Source: Nostoc indistinguendum CM1-VF10
Lineage (GTDB): Bacteria; Cyanobacteriota; Cyanobacteriia; Cyanobacteriales; Nostocaceae
Length of the DNA: 64,000 nucleotides
Reading direction: 5' to 3'
NCBI GenBank assembly: GCA_019359215.1
Contig: JAHHHS010000028.1
Coordinates: 5,482-69,481, forward strand
The position numbers were made by a program, and so were the translations under genes. Positions 20,023 to 30,087 of the stretch are shown one piece after another (position 1 is the stretch's first letter; each line of letters starts with the position of its first letter). Below the pieces are notes generated by a model that did no database searches, was not told where the DNA came from, and saw only the letters and a program-made list of their open reading frames with translations.

Positions 20023-20072
20023 AGAGTGGGAGTTTGAAAGCTGACTGATATGCTTCCTCCCACTCTCTTTTT
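20022..20072 (+). terminator. Hairpin plus T-run (candidate intrinsic terminator); a second hairpin/T-run lies at 20083-20104
   Basis: agagtgggag / ctcccactct 10-bp stem followed by TTTTT. Then gtgggaaaaacccac followed by TCTTTTT. Both could act bidirectionally between convergent transcripts. Confidence 0.4.
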
Positions 20073-20144
20073 ATAAAAAGGCGTGGGAAAAACCCACTCT
20101 TTTTAAAGATGGATGAGAAACGCCCCGATGCGGTTGACGGGTAA

Positions 20145-20191
20145 CAGTCTTTCGTGTTATCCCACCCCTAAAAAGGGATGGGATGATCTTA
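20145..20191 (-). repeat. Stop-codon-proximal hairpin element (CAGTCTTTCGTGTTATCCCAYCC..GGGATGGGAT..CTTAA), copy 1
   Basis: Near-identical copy at 36952-37000. Both abut the stop codon of a minus-strand gene. The RNA would form an AUCCCAUCCC/GGGGUGGGAU stem. Confidence 0.6.
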
Positions 20192-20195
20192 ACAA

Positions 20196-21197
20196 TCAGT
20201 ATCTCGCAGTATCCCGTAAAAACTCAAGAATCGCTGCATTCACCATCTCAAAAGCACCAGTTGAGGCATCATGATAGCAGTTAGACAAAATTTGTAATCT
20301 AGAATTGGGGATATTCTGATGTAATTTTTCACCATGACTAACAGGAAACCAACTATCTTGCTCACCCCACAAAACTAGTGTAGGACACTTAATCGCATTC
20401 AGGTTATTTTGAATTTTGGTGAGCATATTTGGCTTCTTTTCTTGCCAATTATCAATTTCTCGCGCCGCTATTTGTAAGTCTTCGGCGACTTTCGCAACCG
20501 TACCAGGAAATTCAATAAACGGGTAAGTTATCCAATAAACATCTTCTTGTGTCAAAATTGACGGATCAAATAATACCCCACGCCTTTCTATTGCCATAAT
20601 TTCTCTCAATAGAGGTGCAAACAAATATGCCAGACGTAGATAGTCAATTGTATGGATTATTTCCAAGGGCGTTTGAGCAAGTACCCACATAGCCCAATGG
20701 GGTAGACGTTCGGCAAAAACAGGTACGTTTACTACTACAAGCTGCTCGACTAACTGCGGGTTTTCTTGAGCAAGGGCAAGGGCAATTAATCCCCCCAAAG
20801 ATTCAGCCACAATCACTGCGGGTTCATCACATAATGCCTCAATAACTCTTTGAAACTCAATAACTTGATGACCGTTATGTTCTCTACGAGACAATGGTTT
20901 TTCGGAAAAACCAAAACCTTTGGCATCAAAAGAAATTACCCGGAAATATTTAGATAATGGTGTTATGCTATTGCGCCAATTATAGCTCCAACTACCCATC
21001 CCATGTAGTAAAATTAGCGGTTTACCTTTACCTTTTTCGCCATAAGCAATTTGTACAGGATATCCTTTAGCATCAGTAATAACTAGACTTTGACGCCCTT
21101 TAGGGAAAGTAGCTTGCCACCAATCTTTCATTCTGTTATCAATAAATAATTGAACTAATTCTAGGGGTTTAAGTAAAGACCAACTAACAAGCAGCAA
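20196..21197 (-). CDS. Alpha/beta-fold hydrolase
   Basis: HGMGSW oxyanion region, nucleophile elbow AESLGG, C-terminal H in CYHDAS. The ORF opens at TTG 21197; ATG 21131 (MKDWWQATF) is the more likely start. Confidence 0.8.
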   Translation of the reverse strand: MLLVSWSLLKPLELVQLFIDNRMKDWWQATFPKGRQSLVITDAKGYPVQIAYGEKGKGKPLILLHGMGSWSYNWRNSITPLSKYFRVISFDAKGFGFSEKPLSRREHNGHQVIEFQRVIEALCDEPAVIVAESLGGLIALALAQENPQLVEQLVVVNVPVFAERLPHWAMWVLAQTPLEIIHTIDYLRLAYLFAPLLREIMAIERRGVLFDPSILTQEDVYWITYPFIEFPGTVAKVAEDLQIAAREIDNWQEKKPNMLTKIQNNLNAIKCPTLVLWGEQDSWFPVSHGEKLHQNIPNSRLQILSNCYHDASTGAFEMVNAAILEFLRDTARY

Positions 21198-21395
21198 GCT
21201 TTGTGCCGGAGTCTAAATCCGAGTTGCAAAACTTAACTATTAATTACAAATTATATCAAATCCGTTTATATCAGAATTATTCCCCTTTTCCCTGCCTCAG
21301 AGTGTCTGCGGTTTTTTAATCATTCGGATGCTACCGATTTGATATTACAAATTACGTAGCTTGCTTCTCACCGGAGGCGAGTATTACAAATTATT

Positions 21396-21905
21396 TTAAC
21401 CGCCTGTTAAAAAATTCCACAGCATTCTAATTAGTAATACTGGCAATGCTACTAAAACAATGGCAATCAGCAACAATCCAACTAAAACGGCAAAGATAAA
21501 CCACTTATTCGCACTCTTTTGCTGGCTAGGAAACTTTAAGTAGTCTTCTAATAGCTTGATATTATTAGTGTTAGCTTTCCAGGCAAAATCAAAAAAGTCT
21601 CCTAAAACTGGGACAGCGCCTACCAAGCCATCAATAATCACATTCAGAACCATTTTGCCTAAAGTGGCTTTAGATACACCCAGCCGTGCTGCTTCTAAAA
21701 TGATGTAGCTAGAAAACATGATTCCTAAAAAATCACCACCAATAGGTATAAGTCCGACAATTGGATCTAGACCAAAACCAATCTGCGTACCAGGAATGGT
21801 AATAACATTATCCAGCAGCCGACTTAACTGACGCAGACGCTTCAAGGTGGGTGCTTTGGCATCAGGTTCAATCATCGAAAAGCGAGAAGGAGAATCAGGC
21901 ATCAA
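21396..21905 (-). CDS. DUF4112-family membrane protein
   Basis: 169 aa with LDPIVGLIPIGGDFLG and VPVLGDFFDF motifs and a C-terminal TM. Confidence 0.7.
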   Translation of the reverse strand: MMPDSPSRFSMIEPDAKAPTLKRLRQLSRLLDNVITIPGTQIGFGLDPIVGLIPIGGDFLGIMFSSYIILEAARLGVSKATLGKMVLNVIIDGLVGAVPVLGDFFDFAWKANTNNIKLLEDYLKFPSQQKSANKWFIFAVLVGLLLIAIVLVALPVLLIRMLWNFLTGG

Positions 21906-21994
21906 AGCGATCGCTAACTTTGTATTGAATCGTTAGACATTTTACTCCCCTACTGAACTTTTGCAAAAATTTCCTCAGGGATTTATAACGATAT

Positions 21995-22900
21995 TTACAA
22001 TTTAATATTTTTTATCAGATTCTGACTGTGCTTTTGCCGCATATCTTCGCCGACAGTCACATTCAGCTGATCGCCAATTAATAGAACAGCAGCGCTCATT
22101 GACAGCCAAAGCATTAAAACTATCACAGCCCCTACTGCACCATAGACTTTATTATAATTGCCAAAATTCGCCACATAAAGCCGAAATAGGGCAGACAATA
22201 TTGCCCAGAAAACAGCTGCTAAAATTGCTCCAGGCATCATTGGCGTGCCTGGGTTCCACTGGCTAGGACCATAGCGATAGACAAAGCTAAAAGCAACAGC
22301 AACAATACTTAAAGCTAAGGGCCAGCGTAACAACTGCCAAAGATGCAACAAGAAGATCAAAGAACCATTTTCGCGCACTACCATTCCCAACAGTAGGTCA
22401 CTAATAAACACTAAGAAAGAAGCCAAAACTAAAAGCAACATAGTACCGACTGTTAATCCCAAAGAGACAAGTTTGGCTTTCCAAAAGGGACGGATCTCTT
22501 CTGGAGGAATTTGATGGATTTGGTCGAAGGCGGTCATAGCGGTACTCACCGCCCCAGAAGCAGTCCAAATTGCTAATATAAAGCTCAGAGAAAATAAACC
22601 ACTGTTTCTAGAATTGGTAATTTCTGTGGTAGCAAAATCACGAATTAGAATCAGGGCTTCTTCAGGTAAAACTTGACTGAGTTGTGCCGCTAGCTGTTTA
22701 AAGGTAGCTTGTAAAGATTCTACCAATAAGCCAATGGCTGTGAGGACAGCAAGAATCGCTGGAAACAGAGACAATATAGCATTGAAGGCAATTTCCGAGG
22801 CAAGTCCCATCAATCGCCTTTCGATTGTTCTGGCAAAAGTTTTTTTGAGTGTGCGCCAATTGAGGTGGCGAAAGAAACGGAAAAAACGAGGCTTTGGCAT
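21995..22900 (-). CDS. YihY/BrkB (virulence factor BrkB / RNase BN-like) family membrane protein
   Basis: 301 aa. ASEIAFNAILSLFPAIL motif, six hydrophobic helices, YGAVGAVIVLMLWL. Confidence 0.8.
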   Translation of the reverse strand: MPKPRFFRFFRHLNWRTLKKTFARTIERRLMGLASEIAFNAILSLFPAILAVLTAIGLLVESLQATFKQLAAQLSQVLPEEALILIRDFATTEITNSRNSGLFSLSFILAIWTASGAVSTAMTAFDQIHQIPPEEIRPFWKAKLVSLGLTVGTMLLLVLASFLVFISDLLLGMVVRENGSLIFLLHLWQLLRWPLALSIVAVAFSFVYRYGPSQWNPGTPMMPGAILAAVFWAILSALFRLYVANFGNYNKVYGAVGAVIVLMLWLSMSAAVLLIGDQLNVTVGEDMRQKHSQNLIKNIKL

Positions 22901-23065
22901 AACTCAAGAGTTAAAACTGGTTAGTTTATTAACTACTGTGCCAAATTTTGTATAGCGATCGCATTTATCTTTTTAACGCAACAACACCGAGTGGGGAGTC
23001 TAATGGCTCTTGACTAATGACTAATCACTAATGACCATTGACTAATAACTAATGACTATTAACTT

Positions 23066-23530
23066 ATGAATCAAAATTTAACACAACAGTGGTTAACAGA
23101 AATTCAAACACTCAAAGAGCAGATGGCGGGACTTCAGAGTGATCGCGATGTAGCTTGGGAAAGTGCCCAAAAATGGCGTCAGCTTTACAACACAGAAGCA
23201 GAACAACGTCGCACAGATGCCCAACTGTCCCAACAGGCGATCGCATCCCTCAAGGCAGACTTGCATAAACTCCGGGGACTGGAGGTTGAGACACTGGCTG
23301 CTGGGACACCAGCAACAGCGATCAAACAAGAAATAGAACAACTAAAATCTGTGGAGGACTTACAAGCTAAACTCATCGTTGTAATCAAAGAACGCGATCG
23401 CCTCTTGCAAGCTTTGAAAACTGAGCAGGATAACCACGCTCAAACCCGCAATAGCCTTACTACTGCCTTAGGTGATGCTATTGATAGCTTGACACAGGAA
23501 CGAGCCAGAAAAGAAAAAGAGAGTAAATAA
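23066..23530 (+). CDS. Coiled-coil hypothetical protein
   Basis: 154 aa with heptad-rich Q/E/K composition. ATG lies directly after an STRR tract. Confidence 0.55.
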   Translation: MNQNLTQQWLTEIQTLKEQMAGLQSDRDVAWESAQKWRQLYNTEAEQRRTDAQLSQQAIASLKADLHKLRGLEVETLAAGTPATAIKQEIEQLKSVEDLQAKLIVVIKERDRLLQALKTEQDNHAQTRNSLTTALGDAIDSLTQERARKEKESK

Positions 23531-23647
23531 AGAGTTTGTAGTAAACTCCTTAACCGACAAAAAAAGGATACAGAGCAACTAAATTTATTTATGAGGATTA
23601 TTAATTTTGAATTTTAAATTTTGAATTCAAAGCAAAGCGACGTGATG

Positions 23648-26122
23648 CTATCCTTGTATTGGCTGAATGCCGGATGCAATTAATGTCTCTATCGACTTGC
23701 TATCTAGGGGTTGCGAGAAAAAATATCCCTGTGCATATTTACATTTCATTGCTCTAAGTTGTGCCAGTTGCTCTGCTGTTTCTATGCCCTCTGCTATTAC
23801 ATTTATATTTAGACTTTGTGCTAGGGTGATGATCGCTTGGACAATTTCCAAGTTTTCCCCATTAACACCAATCTTGGTAACAAAAGAACGATCAATTTTC
23901 AAGGCATTACTTGGAAAGCGGTGCAGGTAACTCAAGGATGAATAGCCTATACCAAAATCATCTAAATGTAATTGGATATTCATCTTTTGCAGTCGCAATA
24001 GCATAAAAGTTGCTGATTCAATATTTTCCATCAGTACACTTTCGGTAATCTCCAGCTTTAAATTGCTGCCTTCTAGACCAGTCTCTTGGATAATTTGGTT
24101 AATTTGTTCAATTAGCTTAGGTTGTGAAAATTGTTTAGTGGAAAGATTTACACTGATTGTCAAGGGTGGGTCAGTAGGAAATTGTATTTGCCAAGCACGC
24201 ATCTGACGACAAGCCTCGCCTAGTACCCAATAACCAATAGGGATAATCAACCCAGTTTCTTCTGCTAGTGGAATAAAGTTGTCTGGAGTAACTAATCCCA
24301 GTTGTGGGTGCTGCCAGCGAACGAGAGCCTCGAAGCCAATAATTTTGTAAGTTTCTAACAAAACAATTGGCTGGTAGTAAACCTGAAACTCCTGGCGTTC
24401 AACTGCCCGCCGTAGATCCATCTCTAACTCTAATAGCTTTGTTTGTTGGCTGTACATGGTTGAGTCAAATATCTCATGGCGTGCCTTACCCAATGCTTTA
24501 GCACGATACATTGCTATGTCAGCATCGCGCAGGAGTTCCTCTGGTAGGCTGTAACTACCCGTGCTTAGGGTGATGCCAATACTAACGGTAGTAAATACCT
24601 CATATCCACTGAGTTGGAATGCAGATGTTAGAGCTTCGTGTATTCGCTCCACTACGTTTGTTACGTCATTGATGTTGTTGAGATCATCAAGCAAAATTGT
24701 AAACTCATCTCCCCCTAGACGGGCAACGGTATCTCCAGTACGCAGACAGTTCTCCAGCCTGCGTGCAAGGGCAGTTAATAGTTGATCACCAATCATGTGG
24801 CCAAGACTGTCGTTGATAACCTTGAAGCGATCTAGGTCTAGAAACAGAACAGCAAATGTATAGTCTGGACGTCGTTTTGCCAGCATAAGCGCACGTTCTA
24901 GCCGTTCCATAAATAAAGCGCGATTTGGCAGACCGGTTAGTACATCATGAAAGGCGTCATAAATTAATTGCGCCTCTGCAAGTTTTAGAGCAGTAATATT
25001 GCGAGAAATACTTAAAACAAAATATACTGAACCATCGCTAGCTAATTCAGGCACAAGACGGGTATGGTAATATCTTGTTTGGGAAGCGATCGCTAAACTG
25101 CATTCAAACTCAGTTTCTTGCTTAGTTTCAAAAACTTGCCCAAGCTTGCGATCGCATATCCAGCAAAATTCTTCTGGCAATTTTAACTCTGCGTTTGTTT
25201 TGCCGATAAATATTTCAGTTGATATCCCTGTAATCTTTTCAATAGCTGGATTGACGTAAACGTAGCGCAATTGAGTGTTAAATCTGGAAATAATATCAGG
25301 TGCATTTTCAACTAGTGCTCTAAATTCTTGCTGGCGACGTGCTAGCGCCTCCAATATCTGCTTACGCTCGGTGATATCCTGAAAGACCAAAACTGCACCT
25401 GTAATGTTACCGTTGTCATCTTTAATAGGTGCAACGCTATCATCAATTGGTGTTTCTGTACCGTTTTTAGCAATAAGTATAGTCTGTTCTGGTAGACCGA
25501 CTGTAACACCTGACCGAAGGACTTGCATTACAGGACTTTCAATTATTGTACGAGTTTCTCCATGAGCAATATTGAATACTTCTGTTGCTTCTTTACCAAA
25601 TGCATCTGAATAATTCCAACCCGTCAGTTCTTCTGCAATAGGATTCATAAAAGTCACAGATCCAGATGCGTCGCTAGTAATCACAGCATCTCCAATACTT
25701 TTAAGTACAGTAGTCAGCCATTGTTCATTCTGTTTTAATTTTTTTTCCGTCCGATGTTTAGAAAGAGTAATTTCAATAGTGAACTTTAATTCTTTTTCTT
25801 TGAAAGGTTTGAGAATGTAGCCAAACGGCTCTGTTCCCTTTGCTCGCTCCAATGTTGATTCATCTGCATTAGCAGTAAGATATATTACTGGAATATTAAA
25901 AATATTATGAATTATCTGAGCAGCCTCTACACCGTCCATCTTTCCCTTGAGGTGAATATCCATTAAAACCAAATCTAAAGAATTATTTGCTGCTTTCTTA
26001 ATTGCTTCTTCTCCAGAATCGGCAAGCTCCAGAACAGTGTATCCAAATTTTCGTAGCCGATTTTGTATATCCATTGCTACGATGATTTCATCTTCAACAA
26101 CTAATATATTTACTGGGTTCAT
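23648..26122 (-). CDS. Response regulator receiver-PAS-PAS-GGDEF-EAL protein (c-di-GMP turnover)
   Basis: 824 aa. REC (DLVLMDIHL), two PAS regions, GGDEF (RLGGDEFTIL), EAL (FEALVRW..DDFGIGYSSLSYL). Confidence 0.9.
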   Translation of the reverse strand: MNPVNILVVEDEIIVAMDIQNRLRKFGYTVLELADSGEEAIKKAANNSLDLVLMDIHLKGKMDGVEAAQIIHNIFNIPVIYLTANADESTLERAKGTEPFGYILKPFKEKELKFTIEITLSKHRTEKKLKQNEQWLTTVLKSIGDAVITSDASGSVTFMNPIAEELTGWNYSDAFGKEATEVFNIAHGETRTIIESPVMQVLRSGVTVGLPEQTILIAKNGTETPIDDSVAPIKDDNGNITGAVLVFQDITERKQILEALARRQQEFRALVENAPDIISRFNTQLRYVYVNPAIEKITGISTEIFIGKTNAELKLPEEFCWICDRKLGQVFETKQETEFECSLAIASQTRYYHTRLVPELASDGSVYFVLSISRNITALKLAEAQLIYDAFHDVLTGLPNRALFMERLERALMLAKRRPDYTFAVLFLDLDRFKVINDSLGHMIGDQLLTALARRLENCLRTGDTVARLGGDEFTILLDDLNNINDVTNVVERIHEALTSAFQLSGYEVFTTVSIGITLSTGSYSLPEELLRDADIAMYRAKALGKARHEIFDSTMYSQQTKLLELEMDLRRAVERQEFQVYYQPIVLLETYKIIGFEALVRWQHPQLGLVTPDNFIPLAEETGLIIPIGYWVLGEACRQMRAWQIQFPTDPPLTISVNLSTKQFSQPKLIEQINQIIQETGLEGSNLKLEITESVLMENIESATFMLLRLQKMNIQLHLDDFGIGYSSLSYLHRFPSNALKIDRSFVTKIGVNGENLEIVQAIITLAQSLNINVIAEGIETAEQLAQLRAMKCKYAQGYFFSQPLDSKSIETLIASGIQPIQG

Positions 26123-26142
26123 GAGCTTTTTAAATTATAAAT

Positions 26143-27186
26143 TTAAGAGATTTTATTCGGAAATATAATTTTATACTTCACTCCGTTATTGATGCTAAAA
26201 TCGATATTGCCTCGTAGCTGATGTGTTAGGCCTTTTACTAATCGCAGACCTAATGATTCTGTAGATTGAAAGTCAAAATCTTGGGCAACACCGACACCAT
26301 TATCACTGATAGTAAGTGTAAATAGATTTGCTTCTATGGAATAAAAATCAATACAAATTTCTCCCGGTTGTTTTTCAGGAAATGCATATTTTAGGGAATT
26401 TGAAATAAGTTCATTGATAATTAAGCCGCAAGGAATAGCTGCATCAATGGCTAGAAAAACATCCTTAACGTTCATTTTCAAGGTAATAGCGCTGGAATTA
26501 ACGTTGTATGAATAAAATAAATTAGTTACTAAATCTTGGATATAGTCAGCAAAATTTATTCTTGCCAGGTCTTGAGATTGATATAGTTTCTCGTGGATCA
26601 AAGCCATTGATTCAATCCGGTTCTGGCTATCTTTGAATACCTCAATGGCTTGATTGTCCTTGAGATACTCTGCTTGCAGGTTGAGCAGACTAGAAATAAT
26701 CTGCAAATTATTTTTTACGCGATGATGGATTTCTTTCAATAGCACTTCTTTTTCTTGAAGCGACGCTTTAATCTGCTCCTCTGCTTGTTTACGTTCCCGT
26801 CTCACTTGCGCCTCACGCAACTCGCGGGCAACAGCAGGAATAAGTCGCGCTAGATTGCCTTTAATAATGTAGTCATGGGCACCAGCTTTCATCGCAGCTA
26901 CTGCGGTATCTTCACCAATAGTGCCTGAGACAATAATAAATGGCAGGTCAAGTTCGCTGTCTTTGACCTGCTTCAATGCAGCAGGGGCGCTAAAAGTGGG
27001 CATGGAATAATCGCAGATGACAACATCCCATGTTTGCCCTGCGATCGCAGCTTTCATGGCTGTGGGTGTATCAATCCGTTCAGAGGTTACTTCATAGCCA
27101 CCACGTTGCAGTTCACGCAGCACCAAAAAAGCATCATCTTCTGAATCCTCAACAAGTAATACGCGCAGAGGTGTACCCATACCCAT
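26143..27186 (-). CDS. Hybrid receiver + HisKA_2/HWE-type histidine kinase
   Basis: 347 aa. N-terminal REC ([10 protein letters not shown]), H-box [16 protein letters not shown]-terminal ATPase (ISDNGVG). Confidence 0.8.
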   Translation of the reverse strand: MGMGTPLRVLLVEDSEDDAFLVLRELQRGGYEVTSERIDTPTAMKAAIAGQTWDVVICDYSMPTFSAPAALKQVKDSELDLPFIIVSGTIGEDTAVAAMKAGAHDYIIKGNLARLIPAVARELREAQVRRERKQAEEQIKASLQEKEVLLKEIHHRVKNNLQIISSLLNLQAEYLKDNQAIEVFKDSQNRIESMALIHEKLYQSQDLARINFADYIQDLVTNLFYSYNVNSSAITLKMNVKDVFLAIDAAIPCGLIINELISNSLKYAFPEKQPGEICIDFYSIEANLFTLTISDNGVGVAQDFDFQSTESLGLRLVKGLTHQLRGNIDFSINNGVKYKIIFPNKIS

Positions 27187-27192
27187 CTAAAA

Positions 27193-27621
27193 CTATACTC
27201 TCGGCGGTGATTCGTTTAAAACAAACCAGTACAACCCTAGTTGTCGCACTGATTCACTAAATTGGGAAAAATCCACTGGTTTGCGAACATAGCTGTTGGC
27301 ACCCAAGCTGTAACCATTGATTAAGTCTTGCTCCTCCTTGGATGAGGTCAGAATGACCACTGGAAGGATTTTTGTTCTGTCGTCGGCCCGCAGGTGTCGC
27401 AAAACTTCCAGACCATCCATTTTAGGCAACTTCAAATCTAAGAGGATCAGATGGGGCATAACGCTCATGTCGCGATCGGCGTACATACCTTTACCAAAGA
27501 GATAATCTAGGGCTTCTACCCCATCGCGTGCCACCACCACGTCGTTCATAATATTGTTTTTCTTGAGTGCGCGTAAGGTTAGCGCTTCATCGTCGGGATT
27601 GTCTTCTACAAGTAAAATCAT
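27193..27621 (-). CDS. Single-domain CheY-like response regulator
   Basis: 142 aa. ILLVEDNPDD, LILLDLKLPKMDG, and K in YVRKP. Confidence 0.85.
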   Translation of the reverse strand: MILLVEDNPDDEALTLRALKKNNIMNDVVVARDGVEALDYLFGKGMYADRDMSVMPHLILLDLKLPKMDGLEVLRHLRADDRTKILPVVILTSSKEEQDLINGYSLGANSYVRKPVDFSQFSESVRQLGLYWFVLNESPPRV

Positions 27622-27642
27622 GATGTATAGCGTTTCCTATAG

Positions 27643-29136
27643 TTAGAGGGTGAAGTAAAATGTTGCGCCTTGCTCTACTGCACTTTCGGCCCAAACACGG
27701 CCACCATGACGGTGAATAATTCGCTGCACAGTAGCTAGTCCAATGCCAGTGCCTTCAAACTCAGTCATAGCATGCAGGCGCTGGAAAGCACCGAAGAGTT
27801 TCTCAACATAGGCCATATCGAAGCCTGTGCCATCATCACGGACAAAATACACATGGGTGTTATCTTGCTGCAAAAGCCCAAATTCTATGCGTGCTTTTTG
27901 ATGTTTTCCTGTAAACTTCCACGCATTACCCAGCAGGTTTTCTAGCACGATCCGTAACAGATGAGTATCACCATTGGTAACTAATCCCGGTGTAATAGCA
28001 AACTCTACTTGGCGTTCTGGTTGTGTTTTGTGCAACTCTGTAGCGATCGCCTCTACCAGTGCGCTCAGATCAACCTCTTCGTAACGCATCTCACTGCGCG
28101 TTAGTCTTGACAGATTCAGTAAATCGTCGATCAGTTGTGCCATTCGCTGGGTGGCTGCACGCACTCTCTGGAGGTAGTTTTGGCCTAGCGCGTCTAGCTT
28201 GTCACTATAATCTTCTAGTAGCGCTTGGCTAAAGCCGTCGATGCTCCGTAAGGGGGCCCGCAGATCGTGAGAGACAGAATAACTAAATGCTTCCATCTCT
28301 TTGTTAGTAGCTTCGAGTTGTGCTGTGCGTTCTGCGACTCGCCCCTCAAGCTGGACGTTCAGGCGCAGAATCTCTGACTCGGCCTTTTTGCGCTCATTAA
28401 TTTCAGTTTGTAATTCTTCGTTAGTGTTTCTAAGTTCGGCAGTTCGTTTGTTAACCTCTATTTCTAACTCATCACGAGCCTTTTGCAAATAATTTTCCAT
28501 CCGCTTGCGTTTGACGAGTTCCTGATTGGTGATTATGGCTGCTAAACCGACGATCGCAGAAGCTAGAATGCTGCCAAAAATAGTCAGCAAAGTTGTTTGA
28601 TGAGCGCTGGCATTCGCCTCTATTGACCGTTCTTTCAACAACTCATTCTCTTCCTTCTCCATAGCTGTAGTGAGCATTCGGATGTCTTCCATGCTTTGCT
28701 CACCCTGATCTGTCTGAACTATTTGCAGCGCGGACTCTAAATCTTTGCTCCTGGCCTTAATCGCCTGTTCCATCAAAACCAGTTTTTTGGCAATCAGGGG
28801 TTCAAGGTTATCGAGCCGTCGCTGTTGATTGGGGTTATCCGCAGTCAATTGGCGCAGAGCCTTGAGTTTTTGATCAATCTCGCCAGTTGCATTGCGATAC
28901 GGTTTCAGATACTTTTCTTTTCCCGTGAGAAGATAGCCCCGTTGTCCAGTCTCTGCATCTTTGACCCGTGACATTACTTCTTTAGTCTTTTCAAGCACCT
29001 CGCGTGTATGTGTGACCCATTGAGCGTTTTCTCTATACTGAAGCAAACTAAGATACGAGACTGCCCCAACACCAGCCATAATTGCGACTGCTATTACAAA
29101 ACTGCCCGTATTCTTTTTGTAAATAGCCCATTCCAT
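27643..29136 (-). CDS. CHASE3-domain sensor histidine kinase
   Basis: 497 aa. TM, CHASE3-like [21 protein letters not shown], second TM, coiled coil, H-box [13 protein letters not shown], ATPase (DDGTGFD, GTGIGLA). Confidence 0.85.
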   Translation of the reverse strand: MEWAIYKKNTGSFVIAVAIMAGVGAVSYLSLLQYRENAQWVTHTREVLEKTKEVMSRVKDAETGQRGYLLTGKEKYLKPYRNATGEIDQKLKALRQLTADNPNQQRRLDNLEPLIAKKLVLMEQAIKARSKDLESALQIVQTDQGEQSMEDIRMLTTAMEKEENELLKERSIEANASAHQTTLLTIFGSILASAIVGLAAIITNQELVKRKRMENYLQKARDELEIEVNKRTAELRNTNEELQTEINERKKAESEILRLNVQLEGRVAERTAQLEATNKEMEAFSYSVSHDLRAPLRSIDGFSQALLEDYSDKLDALGQNYLQRVRAATQRMAQLIDDLLNLSRLTRSEMRYEEVDLSALVEAIATELHKTQPERQVEFAITPGLVTNGDTHLLRIVLENLLGNAWKFTGKHQKARIEFGLLQQDNTHVYFVRDDGTGFDMAYVEKLFGAFQRLHAMTEFEGTGIGLATVQRIIHRHGGRVWAESAVEQGATFYFTL

Positions 29137-29313
29137 TTTTTACCTTCCTAATTGAAAAAGTAGCCACTGACTGAAGTGGTAAAAACGGTGAGCCAGCTCT
29201 GTAGACGGTTAACAGCGTTAGCGTCTTTGTTCAGCGCCCCGTATGCAAGCAAAAGGGTGACTAGCAGCTCCAGTCCAAGCGGCTATATCTTCGTTCCACC
29301 AAACAATACCCAT

Positions 29314-29447
29314 GAAAAACTTTTGGTATTCTTAAATAAGAAGTATGAAAATGATTTTGTTTAATGTCAAAACCCATATAGAGACGCGATATCTCGCGTC
29401 TCTATATTTGTATTCATACTTGAAATCAGTAATACCAAAAGTTTTTC
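29314..29447. repeat. 134-nt palindromic element with a nested hairpin repeat
   Basis: Outer arms gaaaaacttttggtatt / aataccaaaagtttttc. Inner arms aagtatgaa / ttcatactt. Central perfect palindrome tatagagacgcgat-atc-tcgcgtctctata (29377-29406). Confidence 0.7.
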
Positions 29448-29838
29448 ACCGTACTACTTGTCATAGCCTTGGGAACTGATACCAAGTTTCTTAACTTCAA
29501 GAGCAAATTAGCTCTAATAAAGGATATCTATAATTAGTTAATTATTGTGAGCGTATATTTTCTGACTCATAAAAAGGCAAATAATAAATTTTGTTCAATT
29601 ATTCAGTATATTTCCCCACCCATCTTCAAGAGATTTTCGCTTGCATGAATTATGCCAATGTGATATATAACCTCAGCAATTGCACTATAAAACTTTTATT
29701 TATTAGCTTGATATTAAATTGACACATTAAATACGTAGACTAAATAGAGACATACTAGATACGTAGAATAGATAGAGACATAAAATTACTTTTGCGCCCA
29801 TTCCGGCCATTTAGTTTCCATAGTTTTTCCCTATTGAA

Positions 29839-29868
29839 TGTAGAGACGTTACATTTGACGTCTCTACA
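29839..29868. repeat. Dispersed hairpin repeat (TGTAGAGACG..CGTCTCTACA family)
   Basis: tgtagagacgt tacatttg acgtctctaca forms an 11-bp stem. Confidence 0.6.
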
Positions 29869-30087
29869 TACAGCAGATTGCAAATAAGGGAGGTACAAAA
29901 TGCAGGACTCACGGATCAGATATAAAGAGTTTCTATCTCCTGCCTCCCAACTCTTGGAGAGGCTGCGCCCGAAGCGTAGCTATGCCGCAGGGTTTACGGC
30001 TGCGCTCAGTGACCTCCTGCCTCCTGCCTCCAAACCCGTAGCTTTGTACTTCATGCAAAAAAACTGCTGTAATTCTAAAGATGGCTA

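Noticed and set aside
29176-29364. 62-aa ORF and a GC-richer patch upstream of the CHASE3 kinase, including a 33-codon minus-strand ORF (MGIVWWNEDIAAW..) followed by a small hairpin.
   Set aside because: The evidence for a leader peptide or attenuator is too weak. There is no recognisable family, and the hairpin has only a 5-bp stem.
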